DNA of 64,000 nucleotides from assembly GCA_002269645.1 (NCBI GenBank), contig NIVC01000059.1, positions 310,001-374,000 of the forward strand, given 5' to 3'. Position numbers and translations under genes: made by a program. This stretch comes from Macrostomum lignano (taxonomy: Eukaryota). The notes beneath the pieces were generated by a model. The model searched no databases. It was not told the DNA's origin and was given only the letters and a program-made list of their open reading frames with translations. Shown here piece after piece: positions 1 through 10,754 of the stretch (positions are counted from its first letter, which is position 1; each line of letters begins with the position of its first letter).

Positions 1-1272
1 ATGCAGCAATTCATAATATTATGCTAACTAAAAATATGTAAAATAGCACAAAACTTAGTAGATTCTAAAGCTCCATTTTTAAGTCTATTGACTACTTGGA
101 ATCATGATTTAAATTGCCCATTATATTGGCAACAAATTCAAATCAATAAACAATTCATCTGGTCTTTTTTCTTATTATCTCTGCTTTTCAGCTTTTGGTT
201 ATAAATTTTGCAATTTATCTTTAGTCTAGAATAATTGCATATGTATTTAGGGGTACAATAATATTGTATAAACTAGAATCAATTTTATATTTTGTTTCAA
301 TGTACCAGGTACTTAAAACTATTTCAATTTTGAAGGTTCAATAAAAACTTTAACATCATATACATAGCTAATAAACTTAAATCAATGCTCTCAACACAAG
401 ATTCTAGAGTCTAATACCAAGTGATAGAATAAAAACATAAAAGCAAAAAGCAAAAAGCAAATGTCAGAAAAACCAAAAAATAAATTTTTTGTTGCTCATT
501 TTAAAAGAATAAAACATAAGAATCATAGAATAAATAATAAATTAGAATAGCAATGCAAGTACAGACTGAGTTTATATAATACTAATTATAAAATGTTATG
601 ACTTTTATTTAAAAGAAATTACTAAGTTTATTAGAGAATTTATGACAGAAAATAAAATTTCTAAATTAATGCAAATAACACAATGCTGAAATCTAATATG
701 GAATAACTACATCAAGTTAAATATTATAATAACAAGATTTTTTAAATTAAATCTAAATTAATTAAGACATGATTTTTATATAGGCTATAGATATGAAATT
801 ATAAGGTTTATAAATATTAATCTTCTTGGAAATAGGCTTAGCAATAAAGGCCATGTCCTAGTTTCCCACATTAAATTATTCTGATACCAAGTTTTAAACA
901 AATAAACTAAAATAAGTTTCCTGAAGTATACATAAGTAAAAGTATAGCTTTTAGTCTTCAATAAATTAAAATACATGTATGCTTAAACTGTAAGTTTACT
1001 AATAAAGCTTACTATGAATTTTATACCTAAAGTTACAAATGGCACTAGTGATAACCTTTTCAGTTTTTGACTCTCACTTTAGCAAGTTCCTTTGGCAGTA
1101 ACTATTCCAAGAAAAGTGCTTTGGCAACTTTTTGTACTAGGTGCCCCCTATAATCTAGATCATGGCAGGCATATATTAGAATGAAAATTCATGTTATTTA
1201 ATTATAAGCCAACATAAAATAATTTTTTATGCCAAGTGCAAAGTTGTTTATATGCCATTTTTTGACAATATA

Positions 1273-2574
1273 CCGGGTGTCCGGATTGAACGGAAACGCT
1301 GCTGATTTTTTGAATATTTTTTGCAATTTCTCAGCAAGACAAGCAGCTGTACCATTTATTTTTGACAACAGTAAACAGGAAGGTGTCAGCATTGTTCTCA
1401 TTCAAAATGGCCGCCATTGGCCGCGATCACGCGCTCCAGCCTCTTCCTGAACTGCTGGCACACCTTCCTCACATAGTTGGTGTCCATTCTCTCCCACGCC
1501 AGCCGAACAGCAGCCTGCAGCGCTTCCACACTGCTGTGGCAGGATCTGCAGGCCTCGCTCTCCACACGCTGCCAGATTGAGAAGTCCAGCGGATTCAGGT
1601 CCGGACTGGAGGGCGGCCACATCGTCTTCGGCCAGAAGTTCGCCATGTTGTCTGCCAAGAACTGCTGGGTTGTGGCCGCTGTGTGAGCCGGAGCACCGTC
1701 CTGCTGCCACACGTACTGTCCGTCAGGGTACTGCTGATGCAGCCAAGGCAGCACGTGCTGCTGCAGCAGCTGCTGGTAGCATGCAGCATTCACTTTGGTG
1801 CCTGGGTTGATGAAAATGGGGGGACACCTCCGTCCATCACTCGCAACGACGCCCAGCATCATGATGGAGGCCGGGTGCTTAGACTTCATACTGTACTTCA
1901 CGTGGGCAGGTGTGTCCGCGCTGCTGGCGGCGCTGATGTAGCGAGTGTTGCGCCTGTTCACGGCTTGGTCACAGGTGAACAGTTTCTCGTCGCTGAACAC
2001 GCGCACCAGCGAGCCGTGGTTCTTCACCCACGTGAGCAACTGCCTGCAACGCTTGAGACGCGATACCTTCTGCTTCGAAGTGATGAGGTTCTTCGGCACC
2101 ACCACTCTGGACACCATGCCGAGGTCTTCTTTGACGAGCTCCGACATTGTCGTCTTGCTCATGTCGTGCTCACGTGCCAGTCGGCGAATCGACCTTCGGG
2201 GATTTCGGTTGACCTTCGCCCGGACGGCTGCGACGGTCTTCTTCGTCCTTTTTGTCCTCGGACGACCACCCCCATGTCTTTTGGTGACATCTCCTGTGTC
2301 GTTCAGCAGCTTCCTCACAGTGAAAATCCTCTTTCTGCTCACATTGAGCACTTCTCTGATGTCGCTAGTTGACTTTCCAGCGCAAAGTAATTCAGCGATT
2401 GCTCGTCTTTGAGCCTCGTGCTCAGCCATGGTTAGGAATAAAGCTGCAAGAGTGGATGTATTAAATTCTGTGATTTCTGCTGGTTCTGACACCCATGCAA
2501 AATTTTGAATTTTGCGAAAGATTACGTAATTAACGACGTTTTAAGCAGCGTTTCCGTTCAATCCGGACACCCGG
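1273..2574 (-). mobile_element. Tc1/mariner superfamily DNA transposon, maT (DD37D) type, apparently complete
   Basis: Perfect 31-bp TIRs (CCGGGTGTCCGGATTGAACGGAAACGCTGCT at 1273-1303, inverse at 2544-2574), TA on both flanks, one uninterrupted transposase ORF inside. Confidence 0.95.
1398..2429 (-). CDS. maT/Tc1-like transposase, ~343 aa
   Basis: Likely ATG at 2429 (MAEHEAQ). N-terminal HTH region; catalytic FSDEK, QQDGAPAH and SPDLNPLD, with 37 residues between the 2nd and 3rd Asp. No stops or frameshifts. Confidence 0.93.
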   Translation of the reverse strand: MAEHEAQRRAIAELLCAGKSTSDIREVLNVSRKRIFTVRKLLNDTGDVTKRHGGGRPRTKRTKKTVAAVRAKVNRNPRRSIRRLAREHDMSKTTMSELVKEDLGMVSRVVVPKNLITSKQKVSRLKRCRQLLTWVKNHGSLVRVFSDEKLFTCDQAVNRRNTRYISAASSADTPAHVKYSMKSKHPASIMMLGVVASDGRRCPPIFINPGTKVNAACYQQLLQQHVLPWLHQQYPDGQYVWQQDGAPAHTAATTQQFLADNMANFWPKTMWPPSSPDLNPLDFSIWQRVESEACRSCHSSVEALQAAVRLAWERMDTNYVRKVCQQFRKRLERVIAANGGHFE

Positions 2575-2900
2575 TATATGTATTAAAAATATAAGAGTTT
2601 TATTAAACTTTAAAACAACTGTTTTTAGCTAATAACTGATATTCTTTATTTTAATTTTGGTTTTCTTATAAATTGCATTATATAAATCATAATATTCTTT
2701 ATTTTAGTATCTAATTATTTTTAAAGAGCTTTTGTTAGTTGTATATTTATTTTTACAATTACAATAGCTCTGAACTTGGCTATTTTTTGTATACCAAATG
2801 TGTATACTTCATGATAAATTTAAAAATGCCAAGTGTATGCCAAGTTTGTCAATAAGAGCAAAAATATGCTGGAATTTCTTAGGCCTAGCATAAAGGCCAC

Positions 2901-4777
2901 TAGTGTTCCGCCGCTGCGAGTTTTGACCTCCGTAACCGTAACAGTAGCCGTAAGAAAGAAGCAACTTCCGTAGCCAAATTTTGCCGTCATTACGGGCTAA
3001 AAAAGTCCGTAACCATAATTTGCCGTAACTGTAGCCGTAATGTATAACAAAAATTGATATTTTTTCATGAAAAGTGGGGCAGACAGAAAAGGACAGATAA
3101 AAAGGATAAAAGGATAGCAATAAAACGTACTTGTTGTTCGTTCATGCATTAATATTAATTTATTTTTTTCGTAAATATAATATCTTTATCTAAGTATTCT
3201 ATAGCATTGTTGTATGCAATTGTGTGCTTGGTGCCTCTTTCAGTTTTCTGTGTTGTGATTCTGTTTTGTTTCGCTACAATATGCTAAGGAGCTAAATGCT
3301 ACATATGGCTAAGAAATAAGAATGCCAGATTCTTAGTCTCTTGCAGGCTTTGACTGGCTCTCTCTGTCTTGCTGCTATCATGCTATCGCTATGCTATGCT
3401 ATGCCGGATGCCTAATGAGAAAATTTGTGAAAAAATTCATTTTTTGTTTTCAAAAAGTTTTGTAGATATTTAGAAACTTAACAAATGTAAAAAATAATAA
3501 TAACTAGTAAAACAAAATGAAAACTGGTTGAAGTTGATATAAAAAATTTTCTTTTATAACACTAAACAGTTAAAAATAGATAATTTTTGTTACGGCTACC
3601 AATTACGGCAAGTCTAGAAAAATCTCCGTAATCCATAACCGTAAGCTCAAAATATGTCTGTAACCGTAATCCGTAATGAAAATACGGCTTCAAAAGTGTC
3701 GTAGCCGTTGTAGAGATCTCCAAACACAGTAGCCTACTAAAAGTAGTAACATAAAATTATGAACACAAATTTAAAAATAGCTATGTGTCATACTCTATTT
3801 TTAGTAATACCAGTCATATCACGCAAACAGCGAGTGACTATGCTATTGTTCGAAAAACCGGTTCTTGACATCTATTTTTAGAACTTCCAAATATGGTAAA
3901 TGTTAACCTGAATGTGACCCAAGTCTCACCCCTTTCTATTCAAAAACCCCACCTGTCAAATATCAATAATAAAATTCCTTTCGTGAACTCATCAAAAAAC
4001 CAGTTTTGAGCTCAAGGTCGACTCAAGGCCAACAAATTGTGTATAAATATAAACGAAAAATCCGAGCTGAAATCTCAGACTCGGAGCAGCCTCTGAAGAT
4101 CTTGAAGCTTGCTGGAGCAGCTAAGCGGGGCTATATCTCTGAGGAAGAGAAACACCAATTGGTAAGCTTTGTTCAAGTCTTCGTTATTTTGATTATTGAG
4201 AGCGATTGTTATTGCCGGCCGTTACTGTTCAGTTGATTTTATTGAGTCTATTGAGTTTGAGGCCTCCCTTTTTCCTAAGGGATTGGATAGGATCTGCGGA
4301 CCGATTCCGATACCCTTAGAGGATTATTGATTTGATTGATTTTGGTTATCCTAGATTAACCGATAGGAGCACACGACTCCGATTCCATTAGTTCTAGAAG
4401 AAGACGCCCTTTCTGGAGGACCTTGTATTGAAGTTGATTTTGTTATTAGGGCGCATCGTTGACATTGATTTCGGCACTCGAGAATATATTGAATTCTGCA
4501 CTTGAAGAAATACTGCGACGTCAATTTAATTGTTACGCTCTCACTTTCGGCCGATTCTAGACTTCAAGGAGACTACCCCAGGAGGAACAGCTCTACGGAG
4601 ACGAGCTCTACAGACACGCGCGACAAAGAAGAGGAGCCCGCAACAGTAAGTGATCACTGATTTTGTTCCCAGGCTTAAGTGTCTGGAAGTGGGAGTTTTC
4701 GGGGGACTGATCACCTCCCGAATCAACTCTTCACCGTAATTTGCCATAGCCATAGCCATAATTACGGCGGAACACTA
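2901..4777. mobile_element. Non-autonomous hAT-like element
   Basis: 13-bp TIR TAGTGTTCCGCCG / CGGCGGAACACTA; exact 8-bp TSD AAGGCCAC (2893-2900, 4778-4785); many subterminal CCGTAA/TTACGG motifs; no transposase ORF. Confidence 0.88.
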
Positions 4778-6657
4778 AAGGCCACCTTCCAGACTATGGG
4801 GTAACCCATTATGCTATGGCATTATTATATTATATAATGCTGTTTCTAAGACTTCCACAGTTTAAATTAAAGACTTATATATCTTAATCTTAAGTGTAAG
4901 GGGCCTATTTTAGTACTATAAATTATTTTGGTCTATTTCATTTTTTTAAATTTGGTATCAAAATAATTTTAATGTGGATAATTAGGACATTCCTACAATA
5001 AATAATTATGTTAAAAGCTAAGCCAACTTGGTTAGGCCTATAATAGGCTTACAAGTTAGTTGATTTTGTGATAACAAATTTGACCTTTTTTATTTCCCTT
5101 TTTGTAATGCATGCCATACTTTTTGAAGTTAAAACAAGCAAATAGCAGACTAAAATCTAGACCCATAGTCCTATAGTAAAGTATAAGTCTAGGCCTAGGC
5201 TTAGCTGCTTAGGCCCTATACTAATAGAATACTAGGCCTTAATATTAATTAAAGTGCAATATTAAACTAAGCTTAACTAATAATGATACTTTATTTTATA
5301 AACTAAGCATAGGGTTATATTATTAATTCAGATGTATATTGTTAAATAGCTTAGAAATAATAATATAGGCTACTTGAACTAGCTAAACAATGGCATACCA
5401 TATCATAATTGAAGAGCACAACTCCTGTACTGATCGCGCTTCGTCAAGTAATAGCGGAACCAATAGGTTCGCGTCTTTTTTTCTTTCCATAGCTAGCCAG
5501 TCGACTGAGTGGAGAAAAATATAGACTAGAGCTAGAGGCAACTAGAAAGCCTGTCGCCTACAGATGATACCAGCTAACCAGCTTAGTCTATCGTCAAATC
5601 AGCAAAACAATTACGAAACTACCACATTAGAGTAGTCTGAAAAGACTGACACAAAGTGTCAGCTTAGTTGATTACTATAGAAATTTAATTCAGCTTATTT
5701 ATTTAAATTTTCTGATCAAGACAGGGCGATTTTGGTTAAGAAACAATGGTTAATTTGTGAAATAAGGAATTTGCTAAGAAATTATGTCTTGTTTTTGTAC
5801 ACACGGCCTAAATAAATTTCAAGAATACTAAAATATAAAAGTGCAATTAAAATTCAATTATATGCAGTAAAAATTAAAAAAATTTTTTAGGAAATCATAG
5901 ATACATAAAAACGACCAACTATTCTATCAGTTTTGTTTTACTGCGACTTTAATATTACTTGAAACAATGCAGCTCGGAGTGTAATTGATATAATTAGGGT
6001 GTACCGTGTTGGTATTATAAGAGGTAAGTCAATTTTTTGAATTGTCTCTCCTCTTATAATATCTCATATTGTCATTTACTTAAAGTTTTGTGTTGTACGG
6101 CTTCTCTCCGTTCTGATGCAAACCTCTAAAGTACGGCTGAATGTAGTGTACATGTACTTCAAGCTATATGCATGGCTACGATCGTACTTTGGTTTTGGCC
6201 TCAAGTCACAGAAGAGACATCATGTGTGCACCCAACAACACAAGCCTATGTGCAGAACACCTGGGCCGGTGGGGTTGATTTTTGCTGATTTATTCACAAC
6301 CAACAAAGGCGTACCAAACGCATTAATAATTAATTTGGTTGTAGATTTTGACATAAGTAGAACATGTACATGTATATATTACAAGCAAGCAAAGCAAGGA
6401 TACAAACCTTAGAGATTTGTATATTTAGATTGCAGTCAGCTGTGTGATATTTGACATACCATGGAGAAGTTTGATCTTCACTTTTATAAATATTCGACAA
6501 GTCAAATATGGCTAATGGACACTTCGTCGATCAAATCCTTAGACGACCTGCATCAGATCGAGGCGTCACCATGGATTTTATGGTGGGGGACAAAGCCAAG
6601 AATTGTACATTTTGCATGACTAAATTCCTAAATTCGAAATCATTTTTGCGCCACAAT

Positions 6658-6762
6658 CACTCATTTTAGCGCCGCAGGCACTCATTTTAGCGCCGCAGGC
6701 ACTCATTTCAGCGCCGCAGGCACTCATCTTAGCGCGCCGTAGTCACCATTTTGGTGCCGCAG
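6658..6762. repeat. 21-bp minisatellite (CACTCATTTTAGCGCCGCAGG), 4-5 copies, possibly inside a degenerate MITE (~6560-6995)
   Basis: Tandem copies visible. The flanking imperfect inverted ends (GGCGTCACCA / TGGCGACGCC) are weak. Confidence 0.7.
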
Positions 6763-7572
6763 GCGCTATGTTTTGTCACCCTGAAGCAAAATTATTCATT
6801 TCCGGTCAGCAAAGATAGGGTCTATTATTAAATTTTTTACATTATTTTACACGCGATTTTACACGCGACCCATTTCTAAACGTCGCTGCTCCATAATGTG
6901 GGGGACAAAGAATCGGCATGTCCACCACCATAGCGTGGGGGGGGGGGGGCGGGGCCGTCATGTCCCCCTTGGTCCCCCCAGTGGCGACGCCCCTGGCCAG
7001 CATACAGTGTCATTTTATATTAAATGAGCAGCATTTCATTAAGTAAAAAGCAACTGCTCACCTGTGTTTTATACGCAGTTTTACACACATAAAATACATT
7101 TACTACTTGTCCTTGATTATTGCTTTTGTTTATTCTTTTACAAAACTGAACTACATGTACGAGCTATATAACGCTATTTAAATTTTGAGTATAATACATA
7201 AGGTACCCGTGCATATTGCAAGGGTGTAAGGGTGTAACATGTACGTGTACAGAGATTAGTGGATTTTGTGGATTTTAATTAAAATTACGTACGCATTTGA
7301 TTTAAAGCTATTTAAAAATAGACGCTTAAAGTAAACACAGATAGTACGTTACATGTCTCTTGGTCTTATAAATCTACACGAGAATTCGCTACAAAAGTTA
7401 CATTGTCGTTTCTTTCTTAGATGTACATGGTTTACACGTACATGTATACAATTGCCTAGAAAGCGTACAAAAGTAAAAAAACTACGTTCGAGAGTAGAAC
7501 GCCGTTTTCTGCAGTTTTGATCTTTCATAAAGAAAACCGATCGAAGCGACCCATTTCTAAACGTCGCTGCTC

Positions 7573-8698
7573 TCATCGCGGGATGTCGGGGCATTCCTGC
7601 AGCAGCCGGGCAGCCGCATCGCCCGTCACCAGGGCAGTTAGCAGACGCTGGTCGGAAGCTCCTTCACCGCCGTAGGGATTGGCTGCCACCGCAACAACAG
7701 CCGTCGAAGCTGTCATCCGGTCGGCTTTCTTGGCCATCAGACATCCGCCAGCTCGAACCCGGTGCACGTCATTTCCCCAGCAGTCGAGCACGGTGGCCCA
7801 GCCTCCGTTGATGACGATGAGCACACCCTGAAGGTCGCTGCCTGGCAGCAAAAGCGGCTGCCCATCTGCGAACCGTTTCAACTGGAAGCTGCCGTCAACC
7901 AGCTCGGCGAGGCGCCCGATGGAGACACTCGCCAGGGCTGGCGACCTGCTCAAGCTTTGAACAATTCGACTCCGTCTGCGGCGGACAGCCGGCAGGACGA
8001 AGGTCCAGTCCAGCACCCACAGGGAGCCTGGAGACAGCGGCTTCACCGTGGCCTGCAGGTGCTGATGCTGCTGCTGATGTTTACTGACGGCAAAACCGAC
8101 AACTCCGCTGTCTCTAAACAGGTGCAGCACCTGGCCACTGGCTTTGTCGGGCACTTCAGTCTTCACCTGGTAACTGCCGCTGCGAATCACCATTAGGTTA
8201 TCGGTTGGTATGGTGTCTCCTGGAAATTATCGAGCAAATTATAGAGTAATGAGCATTTGAAACTGTGACAGACGAATGATTACATGTAGATGTACTCGTA
8301 GTAGATCAGCAATGACAAGCACTATAAGAATGTCTGCAACTCACTCAGTCCAACCGGCTGCACGCGCATGGCGTCAGCAATTCGCTCCAGGTCGCTGTCC
8401 TCGAGCACATCTAAATATGAAGCGCTCCTAAGCGCTTTAACTATGCTCAACCGGTCTTCCGGCGATTTCTCGTAGAATGGCTGAAAATTTTAGTATAACT
8501 GGCTGTGAGCTTGGGACATGCGCGTCCAATTTGCACCGCAGAAGTGTCAACATTTCATCAGCAGATGCTTACCAAATTGGCCAGAATTTTTTTGTCGTTA
8601 AAGTCATAGCCGATGTCAAGTTTGTTAAAAAGAGTAATCAAGGACTTGCTAATCAGATGGGCTGGCTTTAATATAGGCAAGGAAGCGAGCTGGGCCAT
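7573..8698 (-). CDS. Tandem cyclic-nucleotide-binding (CNB) domain protein resembling the PKG regulatory region, no kinase domain; 3 exons, 302 aa
   Basis: Exons 8698-8573, 8480-8345, 8219-7573 splice GT-AG in frame (909 nt); CACCATGG start. LPFYEKSPEDRLSIVKALRSASYLDVLEDSDLERIADAM resembles the start of PKG CNB-A. The second CNB is SLSRSPALASVS...GVLIVING... Confidence 0.78.
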
Positions 8699-9255
8699 GG
8701 TGCCAAGAGTTAGCTTCGGACAAGGTGACTAAGACTGTTCGAAACGCTTAGAGAATCGATCCTGGCCCGCTTTCTCACCGCTCCGAGGTGCGGAAACTGA
8801 CCAGCTATATAGATAACCCTACAAACTCAACAGCTTCGATTTTGTGGGCGAGTCCAAAGCAATTTTTTCGCTCCGATTATTTCAGCAATTTTCTTTTTAA
8901 ATCTAAATAATTTGTTTTGCATCAACTGTTTTGCTTCAATCTCGGATCGAGTAGAATTACCTCTGCTAAAGGGACCTTCTGCCAATTTTGAATCCCTTCA
9001 ACTGGCGCCGCTGAATACGATTGAAAAATAAAAATTGGAAGAGACCTAGGTTATTACAATAATTATCGTTTTTGCCATAGTCTAAAAGCCTATGAAGCAA
9101 CTTTTCAGGAAAATTTACCTTTTAATTATTGCTTTGCGAGGCCGTAATCAGGAGGAATTACGGCGAAACAAGCTGCTAAATATGGAATTTTTAGGGTAGA
9201 AAAATTGTTGCGAAGATTGCTGTGGTACCAGGTTCTGCCGCAATTCGACTGCTGC

Positions 9256-9635
9256 CAGTGACGTGTGACTATCAGTGACGTGTGACTATCAGTGACGTGT
9301 GACTATCAGTGACGTGTGACTATCAGTGACGTGTGACTATCAGTGACGTGTGACTATCAGTGACGTGTGACTATCAGTGACGTGTGACTATCAGTGACGT
9401 GTGACTATCAGTGACGTGTGACTATCAGTGACGTGTGACTATCAGTGACGTGTGACTATCAGTGACGTGTGACTATCAGTGAAACTTGACTATCAGTGAC
9501 GTGTGACTATCAGTGACGTGTGACTATCAGTGAAACTTGACTATAAGTGACGTGTGACTATCAGTGACGTGTGACTATCAGTGACGTGTGACTATCAGTG
9601 AAACTTGACTATCCGTGACGTGTGACTGCCAGTGA
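9256..9635. repeat. 17-bp minisatellite (CAGTGACGTGTGACTAT), ~22 copies, followed by a TAACC-rich tract (part of a dispersed element)
   Basis: Tandem copies visible; a related inverted copy lies at ~30150-30402. Confidence 0.92.
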
Positions 9636-10754
9636 CAACTGCCGGCAATTCGATTATTGCATATTGACTGCCAACTCTATCCCCATCACTAACCTTACCT
9701 GCAACCTAACCTACCAAACCTAAACCACATAAAATAAACCCTAATCCTGACTAACCTAAATCATCGAGAGTCAAACGACTTGTATCCAGTATTTCAACCA
9801 ACTGTTCTTGACTTGCGCTGATTCCACTTTATATAATTTAGAAGATACCATGATTTCGGATTTTTATCATGTTTGATTCATTCGTATAGTGTAGCTGTAC
9901 ATGTACCAGATACAAACCGGCACCAGACACACTACAATACACTCGGCCCGGGTCCATATCTGATGGAACTGCCTTTAAGGGATCCCCTCTCAAGCCATGG
10001 CTGATTTTCTAGACATCGCTACCTCTAGGGAAAATTCCGCAGTTAAGAATGCCCATTTTGCCTCTCCGATGTTGAGAATACGAATCACTTCATCTGTGAA
10101 TGCCCCCAGCCTTTACTCAGGACAGGCTCACCTACCTCGGCCCAAACCCGGACGTTTACAGGCCCGGGAATTTCTGCAGTTCGCTATTTAAAGGCTAAGG
10201 GCTACTGGGCGAGCGACCATTTAACTCGCGTCGGCACCAGCACCACCGGATCTCCCGACACCGAAACACAAGCTGCCCAGAGACCTCTGAAGCTAAGTCA
10301 AGTGACGAAAGTAAGTCAAGTCTTTAAATTGGGAGGGGGGTGATTTCGCTTCAAAACGCTTTCATCTACTGAACAGTTTATTCTTCAAAATAATCCGTGC
10401 ATAAATTATCGGATTACGGTGCAGACGCAGAGTGACTACTGCAGTAAATCAGTGAACTGAACGCTACACATGTATAACAAAATTAACAAATATAAGTATA
10501 AAAATTTAACGTAAATAAAATTATTTTAATAATATATAAAGCCAGTAAATATGCACGTCAGTTTCATTTAAATATTAAAGTATTGACTTGAAGTTTTCAA
10601 ACACATTAACATTTCTCAAACAATGTGTGTACTTAGGCTTGTGGATTGTACATGTACTTCAGAGATCATTAGATTCTAGCTCATTCTAGCTCTTTTATTG
10701 TATCTCTGTTTTAGGGCATTTGGAAATTCAACTGTTTAAGCTAAAAAAAACCGC

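Noticed and set aside
1-1260. ORF 785-976 and a weak GGCACTAG/CTAGGTGCC inverted pair
   Set aside because: AT-rich noncoding composition; the inverted match is short and has no TSD.
9256-9635. Regular short repeats here and elsewhere as possible CRISPR arrays
   Set aside because: Contiguous tandem units with no unique spacers, no cas genes, eukaryotic context.
9997-10340. Short ORF and GC-richer tract as a possible LTR or gene start
   Set aside because: No recognisable domain, partner LTR or consistent splice partner.
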